In this document: positions 18,895-29,038 of the stretch, in pieces
How the letters are laid out: each line of letters starts with the position of its first letter
How positions within the stretch are numbered: position 1 is the first letter of the stretch
Source of the DNA: an uncultured Devosia sp.
Lineage (GTDB): Bacteria; Pseudomonadota; Alphaproteobacteria; Rhizobiales; Devosiaceae
DNA: 64,000 bases
NCBI RefSeq assembly: GCF_964244875.1
Contig: NZ_CAXTKA010000013.1
Coordinates: 41,577 to 105,576 of the forward strand
Direction: 5' to 3'
Program-made: the position numbers and the translations under genes
Notes under the pieces: generated by a model
What the model was told of the DNA's origin: nothing
The model's database searches: none
Seen by the model: only the letters and a program-made list of their open reading frames with translations

Positions 18895-19584
18895 GTGTTC
18901 AAGGAAGTTTCCATGCGGCCCGATCCTGCACCGATCCGCGAAGCGCTGCGCGGCGTGCGGCATGTGCTGCGGCGGGTAAAGGCATCGTTGCGCGATATGC
19001 CAGCCCCGCCATTGCCGGGTCCTGCGGGCGAAATGGCCGGCAGGGCCGTACGGGAAGTGAGCGTGTTCGCGACTGGCCTTGATGCCGCGGCCTCGAACCT
19101 GGCCCGCAAGGTTCTGGGCGGCACGCAAACCAGCGCAATCCAGCTGCCCGAGGACGTGGACAGCGCGGCCTTTGCCGGCGCACTCTATTGGGCGCTGCAG
19201 CATTTCTTCCAGCGGTTCGAGGTACCAGACCAGTTCGTCAGCGAGCTTGCGGCCCGCGCGGCCTATGAAAAAACGCTTGCACTCGCGGGCGAAACCAACG
19301 GACTGGCGGCCGACCTGACACTGCAACTGCTTGCCGACGGCGTAATCCGGGGTCCTGTGCCTGGGGACACCGGTATCATGGCCAGCGACGACCTTCGCCC
19401 GGTCGCGGTGTTTTCCGCAATGCTGTAGTTGCAATCGGAGCGGTCGGACGAGGAGAACGAGCAGGCGCTGCTGGCCGCCCAGGATGTGGCGGTGGCGCTG
19501 CGCACGGACATAGTCGACGCCTCGAAGGCCGGAAATCGCGAGAATTTCACCAGGCTGTACCATGAATTCGCAGCTCACATCTGA
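18895..19584 (+). pseudogene. Hypothetical alpha-helical protein with in-frame TAG at 19426-19428 (start 18895 or 18913)
   Basis: The frame continues past TAG for 51 sense codons (LQSERSDEENEQALL...FAAHI*) to 19584. Confidence 0.6.
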
Positions 19585-20173
19585 GGCGGCGCGCCGGTTC
19601 GCAAGACTGCCGCAAACCAATGCGCCATTGCGCCTGGCAGCGCGCCAGATGCGCTGGTTTCGAGCCGCGTTCGCAAGCTATGTCCGGCAGTCGGGCGAGG
19701 AGCTGGGCGGCGCGTTCGAGATCGACCATACGCGGCTGGGCACGGCATTCGTTTCTTGGCTGCGCGCGCTTGAGCGGGAGCGACCACGCACCGGCGAGGG
19801 TCGTCGGGAGTTCCTCGACTTTGCCGCCAGCCTCATGTTGCAGGAATTGATCAAGACCATGCCGATCAGATTGAGTGGCGCAGTGGGAGTACGGTCCGAC
19901 GCCGGCGCGATGTTCTGGCCGGAAGGCTTCGTGCTGACCCATTTCTGCCTGCTGGTCCACGACGCCGTCATTGCTCAGGAATACAGCGAGAACGCGACGG
20001 TCAGCCCCAAGATCGATCAAGCCGGTTTCTGGTGGACCTATCGCGAAAATGCGACGGAAGACTATCGCTTGTCGGCCGCGTTCTTCCAGAGCCTTCTGGG
20101 GTATCAGCCGGATTGGAACGCGCCGAGCCATTATCGGCACCTGCGCTCGCTCAATCCTGCATTCAGCCACTGA
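19562..20173 (+). CDS. Conserved-looking hypothetical protein
   Basis: 203-aa ORF with aromatic-rich motifs FWPEGF, WWTYRENA, LLGYQPDW; operonic with the upstream gene. Confidence 0.7.
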   Translation: MNSQLTSEAARRFARLPQTNAPLRLAARQMRWFRAAFASYVRQSGEELGGAFEIDHTRLGTAFVSWLRALERERPRTGEGRREFLDFAASLMLQELIKTMPIRLSGAVGVRSDAGAMFWPEGFVLTHFCLLVHDAVIAQEYSENATVSPKIDQAGFWWTYRENATEDYRLSAAFFQSLLGYQPDWNAPSHYRHLRSLNPAFSH

Positions 20174-20248
20174 GTGTACTGACGTCGGCCATTGCCTCAA
20201 TTGGTCGATCTTACGGGTCGGCACAAGGTCGATGCGATGGGACAGGGC

Positions 20249-20344
20249 GCCATAAAAACCTGCATCGGCTCCGGTCAACGTCAAGGTGCCGTCACCTGCC
20301 AGCCTCAGATCTCCAGCGCCCGTTAGGGTACCGGTCAATTTGCC
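20249..20344 (-). pseudogene. Relic of an autotransporter passenger beta-strand repeat
   Basis: GKLTGTLTGAGDLRLAGDGTLTLTGADAGFYG inside the otherwise non-coding ORF 19547..20542; no signal peptide or beta-barrel. Confidence 0.55.
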
Positions 20345-20619
20345 GATCTTGCCCAATGCTATGGCGATCGTGTTGGTTGTTGCGTTCGTCCTCAGCGCCT
20401 CGCGGCTAGCGATTGTCAGAGGCCCTCGATCGGCAAAGCCAAATATTTGCTCTTGCTGTTGAACGCGTGTGATTCGTGTGTCGAACAGGCACATGCTTGG
20501 TGTTGCACTTGCCGTACCGACCTCGATTCCGGCTCCGGGCATTTGGCCGCACTTGTGGTCACAAACGCGATCGAAGGCAGCGGTCCATGCAGACGTATCG
20601 GATAGCGAACGCGCAGCGG

Positions 20620-21726
20620 CTAAAAGGAAGCCTTGATCCCGCCGCTGACGGTATAAACATAGCCGGTGTCCCAGCTTTCACCCTTGGCGTTGGAGCCGGC
20701 GGCCAGCGTGCTCGCCGACACGCCGCCAGTGAGCTGAACACTGGGCGAGATGGTGTAGATTGCGCCCAGGGCGAGACCGTAACGGTCGGTCTGGCTGCCG
20801 GCAGTCAGCACGCCACTGGCGCCGGGCACCGAGGTACCGCGATCCCAGCTTGCGGTGCCGACAAGGCTTAGCTGCTCGCTGATGGCGTGGCCAATACCAG
20901 CGGTAACGGTCAAGCCGTCCCGGTAGCCAAAGCTGGACACCAGCGGCGCACCGATTGTTGTCACCCTCAGGCGCTGCAGGGTGGACCAGTCCACCCACTT
21001 GACCGAGCCAAGGGCCAGCCAACCGGGTGCAATGCCGGTTTGTCCGCGCAGCTCGAAAGATTGGGGGGTGGTGACGTCGGCCGAGGCTGTGCCGCCAAAG
21101 GCGGTACCCTCGAGGGTATAATGCACCGGCGCATTGTAGACGGCGCTGACCCGCAGGGCGTATTCGGGGATTTCATAGGCAAGGCCCGCGCGCCAGCCGG
21201 TGGACCAGCCATCGATGGACAGAGGCCTACTGGTGATCAGGCCGGTGGGAATGGATGCCTGATAGCTCAGGTTCTGGGCGGAGATACCGCCGATCACGCT
21301 GAGAACGCCTGGGCCGGCCTCTATGCCGACAGCACAGGTCAAGCCGGTATCGGTGGAGCGAACGGATTCGCTGACGGCCTGTTGGGTCAAGGCGGCGTAA
21401 GCGTTGGTGCGCGCGGAATTCGACCCATACGGGTTCTGGACCGTAACCAGGCAACTGGCCATGTCGAGGACGTCGGCCTTGAAGCCGACATTGTAATGCA
21501 TGCGCGCAGGGGTGGTTGACACCGTTCCGGGCATGACGCCAGGATTGGTCACGTTCTTTTCAATATGGACATAGGTCGCGGTGGCCTTGGTCGCATAGGG
21601 TGCCGGGTCAAACAGAAGATCCCAGTCGTAACCGTTGGCTTCAAGTCCTCCAGCACAGGCTCCCGCAATAAAAGGGAGACTTGCTGCCAAGCCAGCCATT
21701 GCGCCGAACAGACGCTTCATATTCAT
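20620..21726 (-). CDS. OmpP1/FadL/TodX family outer-membrane transporter
   Basis: Signal peptide then AGGLEANGYDWDLLF, YEIPEYALRVS, WVDWS, terminal Phe. Confidence 0.85.
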   Translation of the reverse strand: MNMKRLFGAMAGLAASLPFIAGACAGGLEANGYDWDLLFDPAPYATKATATYVHIEKNVTNPGVMPGTVSTTPARMHYNVGFKADVLDMASCLVTVQNPYGSNSARTNAYAALTQQAVSESVRSTDTGLTCAVGIEAGPGVLSVIGGISAQNLSYQASIPTGLITSRPLSIDGWSTGWRAGLAYEIPEYALRVSAVYNAPVHYTLEGTAFGGTASADVTTPQSFELRGQTGIAPGWLALGSVKWVDWSTLQRLRVTTIGAPLVSSFGYRDGLTVTAGIGHAISEQLSLVGTASWDRGTSVPGASGVLTAGSQTDRYGLALGAIYTISPSVQLTGGVSASTLAAGSNAKGESWDTGYVYTVSGGIKASF

Positions 21727-21941
21727 GCGGATTCTTCTCGCTCAGCAAATTTTGTTACAGCCCGTTCGAAAACATAGCTGCAATAAGTTAGCCGAACGTC
21801 AAAATGGGCTGCGCACGTGCATCCAAGTCAGTCAGTGCGTGTTGCAAGACTGATGTACCGATGCTGTACGGCTCCGACTGGGAGCGAGCTGTCATGCCGG
21901 CCAACGAGCTGCATATGGCACGCCGGATAAATTATGACCGC

Positions 21942-23426
21942 CTAGGCCGCGTCGCTGACGAGGGTTTGCGCGAGGCCATATTCGTGCAGCTTGCGATAGA
22001 GCGTCGAGCGGCCGATCTTGAGGGCACGAGCAACTTGAGACATGCGGCCGCCATAATGCTCGATGGCAAAAACGATGGCCGCGCGTTCGATTTCGGCCAA
22101 GGCGGTGACTTCGCCCGTGGGGGTGACGAAACGATCGATCGGGGCAATGGTGTCGGGGGCATAGCGTTGGCGGCCCAGGGCATTGTCGATGTGGATCGGA
22201 CTTTGTTGCACGGGCGCTGCCTCGATGGCCCGCGCGGCCAGTTCGCGGCCGCCGGTCTGGGCGACGATCTGGGGAAAATCGACGGTTTCGAGGAAGGCTC
22301 CATCGGTCAGGACGATAGCGCGATAGACTGCGTTTTCCAACTGGCGGATATTGCCGGGCCAGCTGTAGCCGGTCAGCAGGTCGAGCGCGGCGGGCGAAAT
22401 GCCGAGGACGCGCTTGCCGGCTTCGGCGGCGAAGCGGGCGACAAAATGGGTGACCAATGCCGGCACATCCTCGATGCGCTCGCGCAATGGCGGCACGTAG
22501 ATGGGATAGACGTTGAGCCGATAGTACAGGTCCTCGCGAAATTCGCCGGACTTGGCCAGGTTGAGCAGGCGCCGGTTGGTGGCGGAGATGAGCCGGACAT
22601 TGACCCGTTCGGGCCGGGTAGCGCCGAGCGGCTCGATTTCGCCCTCCTGCAGGGCGCGCAGCAGCTTGACCTGGACCGCCTGGGGGAGTTCGCCCACTTC
22701 ATCGAGAAACAGCGTGCCGTTGTGGGCTTCGGCGAACTTGCCTGCCTGGTCGGCGATGGCACCGGTGAAGCTGCCCTTCTTGTGGCCGAACAGGATGGAT
22801 TCCACCAGATTGGGGGGAATGGCGCCGCAGTTGACGGTGATGAACGGCTTGCCGGCGCGATCGCCCGTGCCCTGGATGATGCGGGCAATCAGTTCCTTGC
22901 CGGCGCCGGTCTCCCCTTCGATGAGTACCGGGATGGGGCTTTTGGCGGCCTTGGCACACAGCGAGAGCACGCGGGCCATGGCGGGTGCCTTAGCGATCAT
23001 GTCGGCGGCGGTGAAGGTGCCGGAGCGGCGCGCGCGTTCGGAGCGAATGGCGGTTTCCAGAGCATCCAGCTTCATGGCGTTGCGCAGCGAAATGACCAGA
23101 CGCTCGGGGGCAACCGGCTTGACGAAATAGTCGGCCGCGCCCTGACGCATGGCGGTGACGACGGTTTCGAGCGATGCATTGGCAGTCTGGATGATGACGG
23201 GCGTGGCGAGCCCTTCGCGGGTCATCACTTCCATAACGCCCATGCCGTCGAGGTCGGGCATGACCAGATCAAGGATCATGGCGCCGATATTGCGATCCTC
23301 GCGCAGGATGGCCAGCGCCTGTTCGCCGCCGGTGGCGAGCAAAGGCTTGAAGCCGGCGCGATTGGCCACTTCGGCGGTCAGGCGCAACTGCACCGGATCA
23401 TCGTCAACAATCAGAACCCGCGTCAT
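21942..23426 (-). CDS. tacA: Sigma54-dependent response regulator (REC-AAA+-HTH), TacA-like
   Basis: GETGAGKE, ESILFGHKKGSFTGA, WPGNIRQLEN, IGRSTLYRK; divergent from pepF as in rhizobia; upstream CtrA box. Confidence 0.8.
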   Translation of the reverse strand: MTRVLIVDDDPVQLRLTAEVANRAGFKPLLATGGEQALAILREDRNIGAMILDLVMPDLDGMGVMEVMTREGLATPVIIQTANASLETVVTAMRQGAADYFVKPVAPERLVISLRNAMKLDALETAIRSERARRSGTFTAADMIAKAPAMARVLSLCAKAAKSPIPVLIEGETGAGKELIARIIQGTGDRAGKPFITVNCGAIPPNLVESILFGHKKGSFTGAIADQAGKFAEAHNGTLFLDEVGELPQAVQVKLLRALQEGEIEPLGATRPERVNVRLISATNRRLLNLAKSGEFREDLYYRLNVYPIYVPPLRERIEDVPALVTHFVARFAAEAGKRVLGISPAALDLLTGYSWPGNIRQLENAVYRAIVLTDGAFLETVDFPQIVAQTGGRELAARAIEAAPVQQSPIHIDNALGRQRYAPDTIAPIDRFVTPTGEVTALAEIERAAIVFAIEHYGGRMSQVARALKIGRSTLYRKLHEYGLAQTLVSDAA

Positions 23427-23492
23427 GAACCCTCGGTCGTTTCCCGCTCGAATCGCGGTGTGCCGTTTTGGGAGAAGTTTGCGGGAGCGGAC

Positions 23493-23507
23493 TTAAGAGG
23501 GGATTAA
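23493..23507. promoter_or_regulatory. CtrA binding box upstream of tacA
   Basis: TTAA-GAGGGGA-TTAA (TTAA-N7-TTAA). Confidence 0.75.
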
Positions 23508-23613
23508 TCATGGGAATTTGCCTGATCGACCGGGGTTATCGGTGCCGCTCTTCACATCCGCAGTTCCGCTGGCTATGGTCCGCGCTCATTTCGGACCAGC
23601 CGGAGAGCATGCC

Positions 23614-25425
23614 ATGACCGATCAAGCCGCAAGCCAGAAGGGGCACAATCAGCTGGGGGCCCTGCCGGTCTGGGATCTGGCGGATTTGTATCCGGGCCGG
23701 GACAGCGCCGAGTTCAAGGCTGACCTGGAGCGGGCCAAAGCGGACGCAGCGGCGTTCGAAGCCGACTACAAGGGCAAGCTGACGGAGCTGACCAAGGCCG
23801 GTCGGCTGATCGAGGCCATCACGCGGACGGAGGCGCTGGGCGATTTGACCGGCAAGATCGGCTCGTTCTCGTTTTTGCAGTATGCGCAGAACACCATCGA
23901 TCCCGATCGTGCCAAGTTCATGGGCGATACCAACGAGGCGCTGACGAACCTGTCCACCAAAGTATTGTTTTTCGAGCTGGAGCTGAACCGGATCGATGAC
24001 GATGTGTTGGAGGCGGCCTTCGCACAGAGCCCGGAGCTGGCGCGCTATCGCACCTGGTTCGCCGAACTGCGCAAGGCCAAGCCGTACCAGCTCGACGACA
24101 AGCTCGAAGAGCTGTTCCGCGACAAGTCGGTGACTGCCTATTCGGCGTGGAACCGGCTTTACGACGAGACGCTGGCGAGCCTGCGGCTGGAGGTCGACGG
24201 GGAGACGCTGACGTTGGAAGCGGCGTTGCACCTGTTGTCCGAGCGTGACGGGGCCAAGCGCGAAAGCGCCTATCATGCCATCAGCAAGACGCTGGGTGAA
24301 AACGCGCGGCTGTTCACCCACATCACCAATGTGTTGGCCAAGGACAAGGAAATCTCCGATCGCTGGCGCGGTTACGAGGACATCGCCGACAGCCGGCACA
24401 TGGCCAATTCGGTGGAGCGCGAGGTGGTCGATGCGCTGCAAAGCGCGGTGCGCGAGGCCTATCCGCGGCTCAGCCATCGCTACTACAAGATGAAGGCACG
24501 CTGGTTCGGCAAGGACAAGCTCAATGCCTGGGACCGCAATGCGCCGCTGCCCACCAGCGACGAGCGGACTTGGGACTGGGACAGCGCGGTCTCGACGGTG
24601 CTGGAGGCCTATGGCAAATTTTCGCCCAAGCTGGCGGAAGTGGCGGCGCCGTTCTTCAATTCGGGCTGGATCGATGCGCCGGTGGGGGAGGGCAAGCTTT
24701 CGGGCGCCTTTGCACACCCGACCGTGCCCAGCGCTCATCCCTATCTGATGCTCAACTATATGGGCCGCTCGCGCGATATCATGACGCTGGCCCATGAATT
24801 GGGCCATGGTGTGCATCAGCGCCTGGCGGCGGCACAGGGGCCGCTGCTGAGCAACACGCCGCTGACGCTGGCCGAGACGGCCTCGGTGTTCGGCGAGATG
24901 CTGACGTTCCGCTCGCTTCTGGCCAAGACCACCGATCCCAAGCAGCGCTTTGCACTGCTGAGCTCCAAGGTCGAGGACATGCTCAACACGGTGGTGCGGC
25001 AGATCGCCTTCTACAGCTTCGAGCGCAAGGTGCATACGGCGCGCCGGCAGGGCGAGCTACGAGCCGAGGAAATCAATGCCATCTGGCTGGACGTGCAGGC
25101 GGAATCGCTGGGCGAGGGCATCGCGCTCAACGAGGGCTACGAGATCTTCTGGAGCTATATCCCGCACTTCATCCATTCCCCGTTCTACGTCTATGCCTAT
25201 GCGTTCGGCGATTGCCTTGTGAACTCGCTCTACGCGCAGTATGAGAAGGCCGAAGACGGCTTTGCGGATCGCTATTTCGAACTGCTCAAAGCCGGCGGCT
25301 CCAAGCACCATTCCGAACTGCTGGCGCCGTTCGGGCTTGATGCGAAGGACCCGCAGTTCTGGTCGCTGGGTTTGTCGATGATCGAAGGCTTGATCGACGA
25401 ACTGGACGCAACCAGCCCGAATTGA
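23614..25425 (+). CDS. pepF: Oligoendopeptidase F (M3B)
   Basis: LPVWDLADLY, GAFAHP, TLAHELGHGVH (HExxH), HSPFYVYAYAFG. Confidence 0.95.
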   Translation: MTDQAASQKGHNQLGALPVWDLADLYPGRDSAEFKADLERAKADAAAFEADYKGKLTELTKAGRLIEAITRTEALGDLTGKIGSFSFLQYAQNTIDPDRAKFMGDTNEALTNLSTKVLFFELELNRIDDDVLEAAFAQSPELARYRTWFAELRKAKPYQLDDKLEELFRDKSVTAYSAWNRLYDETLASLRLEVDGETLTLEAALHLLSERDGAKRESAYHAISKTLGENARLFTHITNVLAKDKEISDRWRGYEDIADSRHMANSVEREVVDALQSAVREAYPRLSHRYYKMKARWFGKDKLNAWDRNAPLPTSDERTWDWDSAVSTVLEAYGKFSPKLAEVAAPFFNSGWIDAPVGEGKLSGAFAHPTVPSAHPYLMLNYMGRSRDIMTLAHELGHGVHQRLAAAQGPLLSNTPLTLAETASVFGEMLTFRSLLAKTTDPKQRFALLSSKVEDMLNTVVRQIAFYSFERKVHTARRQGELRAEEINAIWLDVQAESLGEGIALNEGYEIFWSYIPHFIHSPFYVYAYAFGDCLVNSLYAQYEKAEDGFADRYFELLKAGGSKHHSELLAPFGLDAKDPQFWSLGLSMIEGLIDELDATSPN

Positions 25426-25468
25426 TCCTGGGCGACGATGATCGGGCCCGCTGTATTTTGAGGATGAC

Positions 25469-25630
25469 ATGGCTAGCAAGCACGAACCACTGCCCCCCTT
25501 GGAAAAAGAAAGCGCGATGGATTACGCGCAGCACGAACAGACCTATTCGGGCTTCGTGACCGCAGTCAAATACGGCGTTCTGGCCACTGCCGTGTTGGTG
25601 ATCATTCTTTATTTCGCGATCCGTCCCTAA
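25469..25630 (+). CDS. aa3-type cytochrome c oxidase subunit IV-like small membrane protein (53 aa)
   Basis: Manual translation MASKHEPLPPLEKESAMDYAQHEQTYSGFVTAVKYGVLATAVLVIILYFAIRP with GAGGA RBS; missing from the ORF track. Confidence 0.85.
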   Translation: MASKHEPLPPLEKESAMDYAQHEQTYSGFVTAVKYGVLATAVLVIILYFAIRP

Positions 25631-25693
25631 GGTTTTCACCGACCCCGGGCATTGCAGCGAGCCTGCCCCCGGGCGGGCGGGCAGGAGCTTTCT

Positions 25694-27144
<1,451 letters not shown>

Positions 27145-27145
<1 letters not shown>

Positions 27146-27447
27146 TGGAAGCCATCGATCCCTTCACCTTCCGGCTTGCCATTTTCGTGCTGGCGATCTT
27201 CGTGGGATATTTCGTGGTCTGGTCGGTCACTCCGGCGCTGCATACCCCGCTGATGAGCGTGACCAATGCCATCTCCTCGGTGATCGTGGTGGGCGCCTTG
27301 CTCGCCGTGGGCGTGCAATTGGCGACGGACGGCAATTGGGTGTCCAAGGCCTTCGGATTTATTGCGCTGGTGTTTGCCAGCATCAATATTTTTGGCGGTT
27401 TCCTCGTCACCCAGCGCATGCTGGCCATGTACAAGAAAAAGAGTTGA
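27145..27447 (+). CDS. NAD(P) transhydrogenase alpha subunit part 2 (membrane)
   Basis: [31 protein letters not shown]. Confidence 0.95.
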
Positions 27448-27452
27448 TCGCC

Positions 27453-28859
27453 ATGATTTCTGCGGATATCGCGGCCCTGTTCTACCTGCTTTCGGGCGTG
27501 CTGTTCATCCTGGCGCTGCGCGGGCTATCCAACCCACGCTCGGCCCAGCAGGGCAACCGCTTCGGCATGATCGGCATGGGCATCGCCATCGTGACGACGC
27601 TGGCGCTGGCGGCGCCGGTCGATGGGATCAGCTGGGTCTTGATCATTGGCGGGCTGGCGCTGGGCGGGGGCATCGGCGCCTATATGGCGCGCACGGTCAA
27701 GATGACCGACATGCCCCAATTGGTGGCGGCATTCCACTCGCTGGTGGGCCTGGCGGCGGTGTTCGTAGCGGCGGCGGCGCTTTATGCGCCCGAGGCGTTC
27801 GGTATCGGCGTGGTCGGAGCTATCCATGCGCAGGCGCTGGTGGAAATGAGCATCGGGGTGGCGATCGGCGCCTTCACCTTTACCGGTTCGATCATCGCTT
27901 TTGCCAAGCTCAACGGCAATATGAGCGGCAAGCCGATCATCCTGCCGGCGCGCCACGCGATCCATATCGCGATCGGCGTGGTGCTGCTGGGGCTAATCTA
28001 TCTGCTGACCACGACCGGCAACCCGGCCTATTTCTGGCTGATCACCATCCTGGCCCTGGTGCTGGGCGGGCTGATGATCATTCCGATCGGGGGCGCCGAC
28101 ATGCCGGTCGTGGTATCCATGCTCAATTCCTATTCGGGATGGGCGGCGGCGGGCATCGGCTTCACGCTGGGCAATACGGCGCTGATCATCACCGGGGCAC
28201 TGGTCGGCTCGTCGGGCGCGATTCTTTCCTACATCATGTGCAAGGCGATGAACCGCAGTTTCATCTCGGTGATCCTGGGCGGGTTCGGCGGCGACAGCGG
28301 GGCCGCGGCAGACGCCACCGAAGACAATCGCCCGGTCAAGCAGGGCGCGGCGGACGATGCGGCGTTCCTGATGAAGAATGCGGGCAAGGTCATCATCGTG
28401 CCGGGCTATGGCATGGCGGTGGCGCAGGCGCAGCATGCGCTGCGCGAAATGGCCGACCTGCTCAAAAAGGAGGGTGTCACGGTCAAGTACGCCATCCATC
28501 CAGTGGCGGGCCGCATGCCGGGACATATGAACGTGCTGCTGGCGGAAGCCAATGTGCCCTATGACGAAGTGTTCGAGCTCGAGGACATCAATTCCGAATT
28601 TGCGCAATCGGACGTGGCCTTCGTGATCGGGGCCAATGACGTCACCAATCCGGCGGCCAAGACCGACAAGACGTCGCCCATTTACGGTATGCCCGTTTTG
28701 AACGTCGAGGACGCCGGTACGGTGCTGTTCATCAAGCGCGGCATGGCTGCGGGCTATGCGGGGGTGCAGAACGAGTTGTTCTACCGCGACAACACCATGA
28801 TGCTGTTCGGCGACGCCAAGAAGATGACCGAGGACATCGTCAAAGCGCTGGGGCATTGA
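27453..28859 (+). CDS. pntB: NAD(P) transhydrogenase beta subunit
   Basis: MPQLVAAFHSLVG, GGADMPVVVSMLNSYSG, HPVAGRMPGHMNV, GANDVTNP. Confidence 0.97.
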   Translation: MISADIAALFYLLSGVLFILALRGLSNPRSAQQGNRFGMIGMGIAIVTTLALAAPVDGISWVLIIGGLALGGGIGAYMARTVKMTDMPQLVAAFHSLVGLAAVFVAAAALYAPEAFGIGVVGAIHAQALVEMSIGVAIGAFTFTGSIIAFAKLNGNMSGKPIILPARHAIHIAIGVVLLGLIYLLTTTGNPAYFWLITILALVLGGLMIIPIGGADMPVVVSMLNSYSGWAAAGIGFTLGNTALIITGALVGSSGAILSYIMCKAMNRSFISVILGGFGGDSGAAADATEDNRPVKQGAADDAAFLMKNAGKVIIVPGYGMAVAQAQHALREMADLLKKEGVTVKYAIHPVAGRMPGHMNVLLAEANVPYDEVFELEDINSEFAQSDVAFVIGANDVTNPAAKTDKTSPIYGMPVLNVEDAGTVLFIKRGMAAGYAGVQNELFYRDNTMMLFGDAKKMTEDIVKALGH

Positions 28860-28921
28860 CAAACGCGTTCAGTGGCCGGCGAGAACGGCCATTCGCAGCT
28901 TGTGCTGGCTAGGGATTGCAC

Positions 28922-29005
28922 CGTCATCCGCGCGCAAGCGGGGATCCATTTTTTAGCCGCGGAGTACTCAGAACAGAATGGGTTCCCGCGTCCGCGGGAA
29001 TGACG
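28922..29005. repeat. Palindromic intergenic repeat, family C (GTCATxCCCGC...GCGGGAATGAC type)
   Basis: CGTCATCCGCGCGCAAGCGGGGATCCATT ... AATGGGTTCCCGCGTCCGCGGGAATGACG between convergent pntB and slyX. Confidence 0.75.
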
Positions 29006-29038
29006 CCGTGATTGGCAAGACAATGCGACGGCCCGGTT

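Noticed and set aside
14282-19428. TAG recoding (amber read as Trp or pyrrolysine) to explain the two in-frame TAGs
   Set aside because: TAG terminates many normal genes here (SorC regulator, acoC, pfkB, tacA, purE, zapA) and no suppressor tRNA or pyl genes are seen; point mutation is simpler
19547-20542. 331-aa minus-strand ORF as an intact gene
   Set aside because: Two thirds is the antisense shadow of 19562..20173; only a short autotransporter-like patch looks protein-derived
21916-21935. TGGCAC as a sigma54 -24 element
   Set aside because: It is not followed by TTGC at -12 (reads ATAAA) and has no gene downstream on that strand
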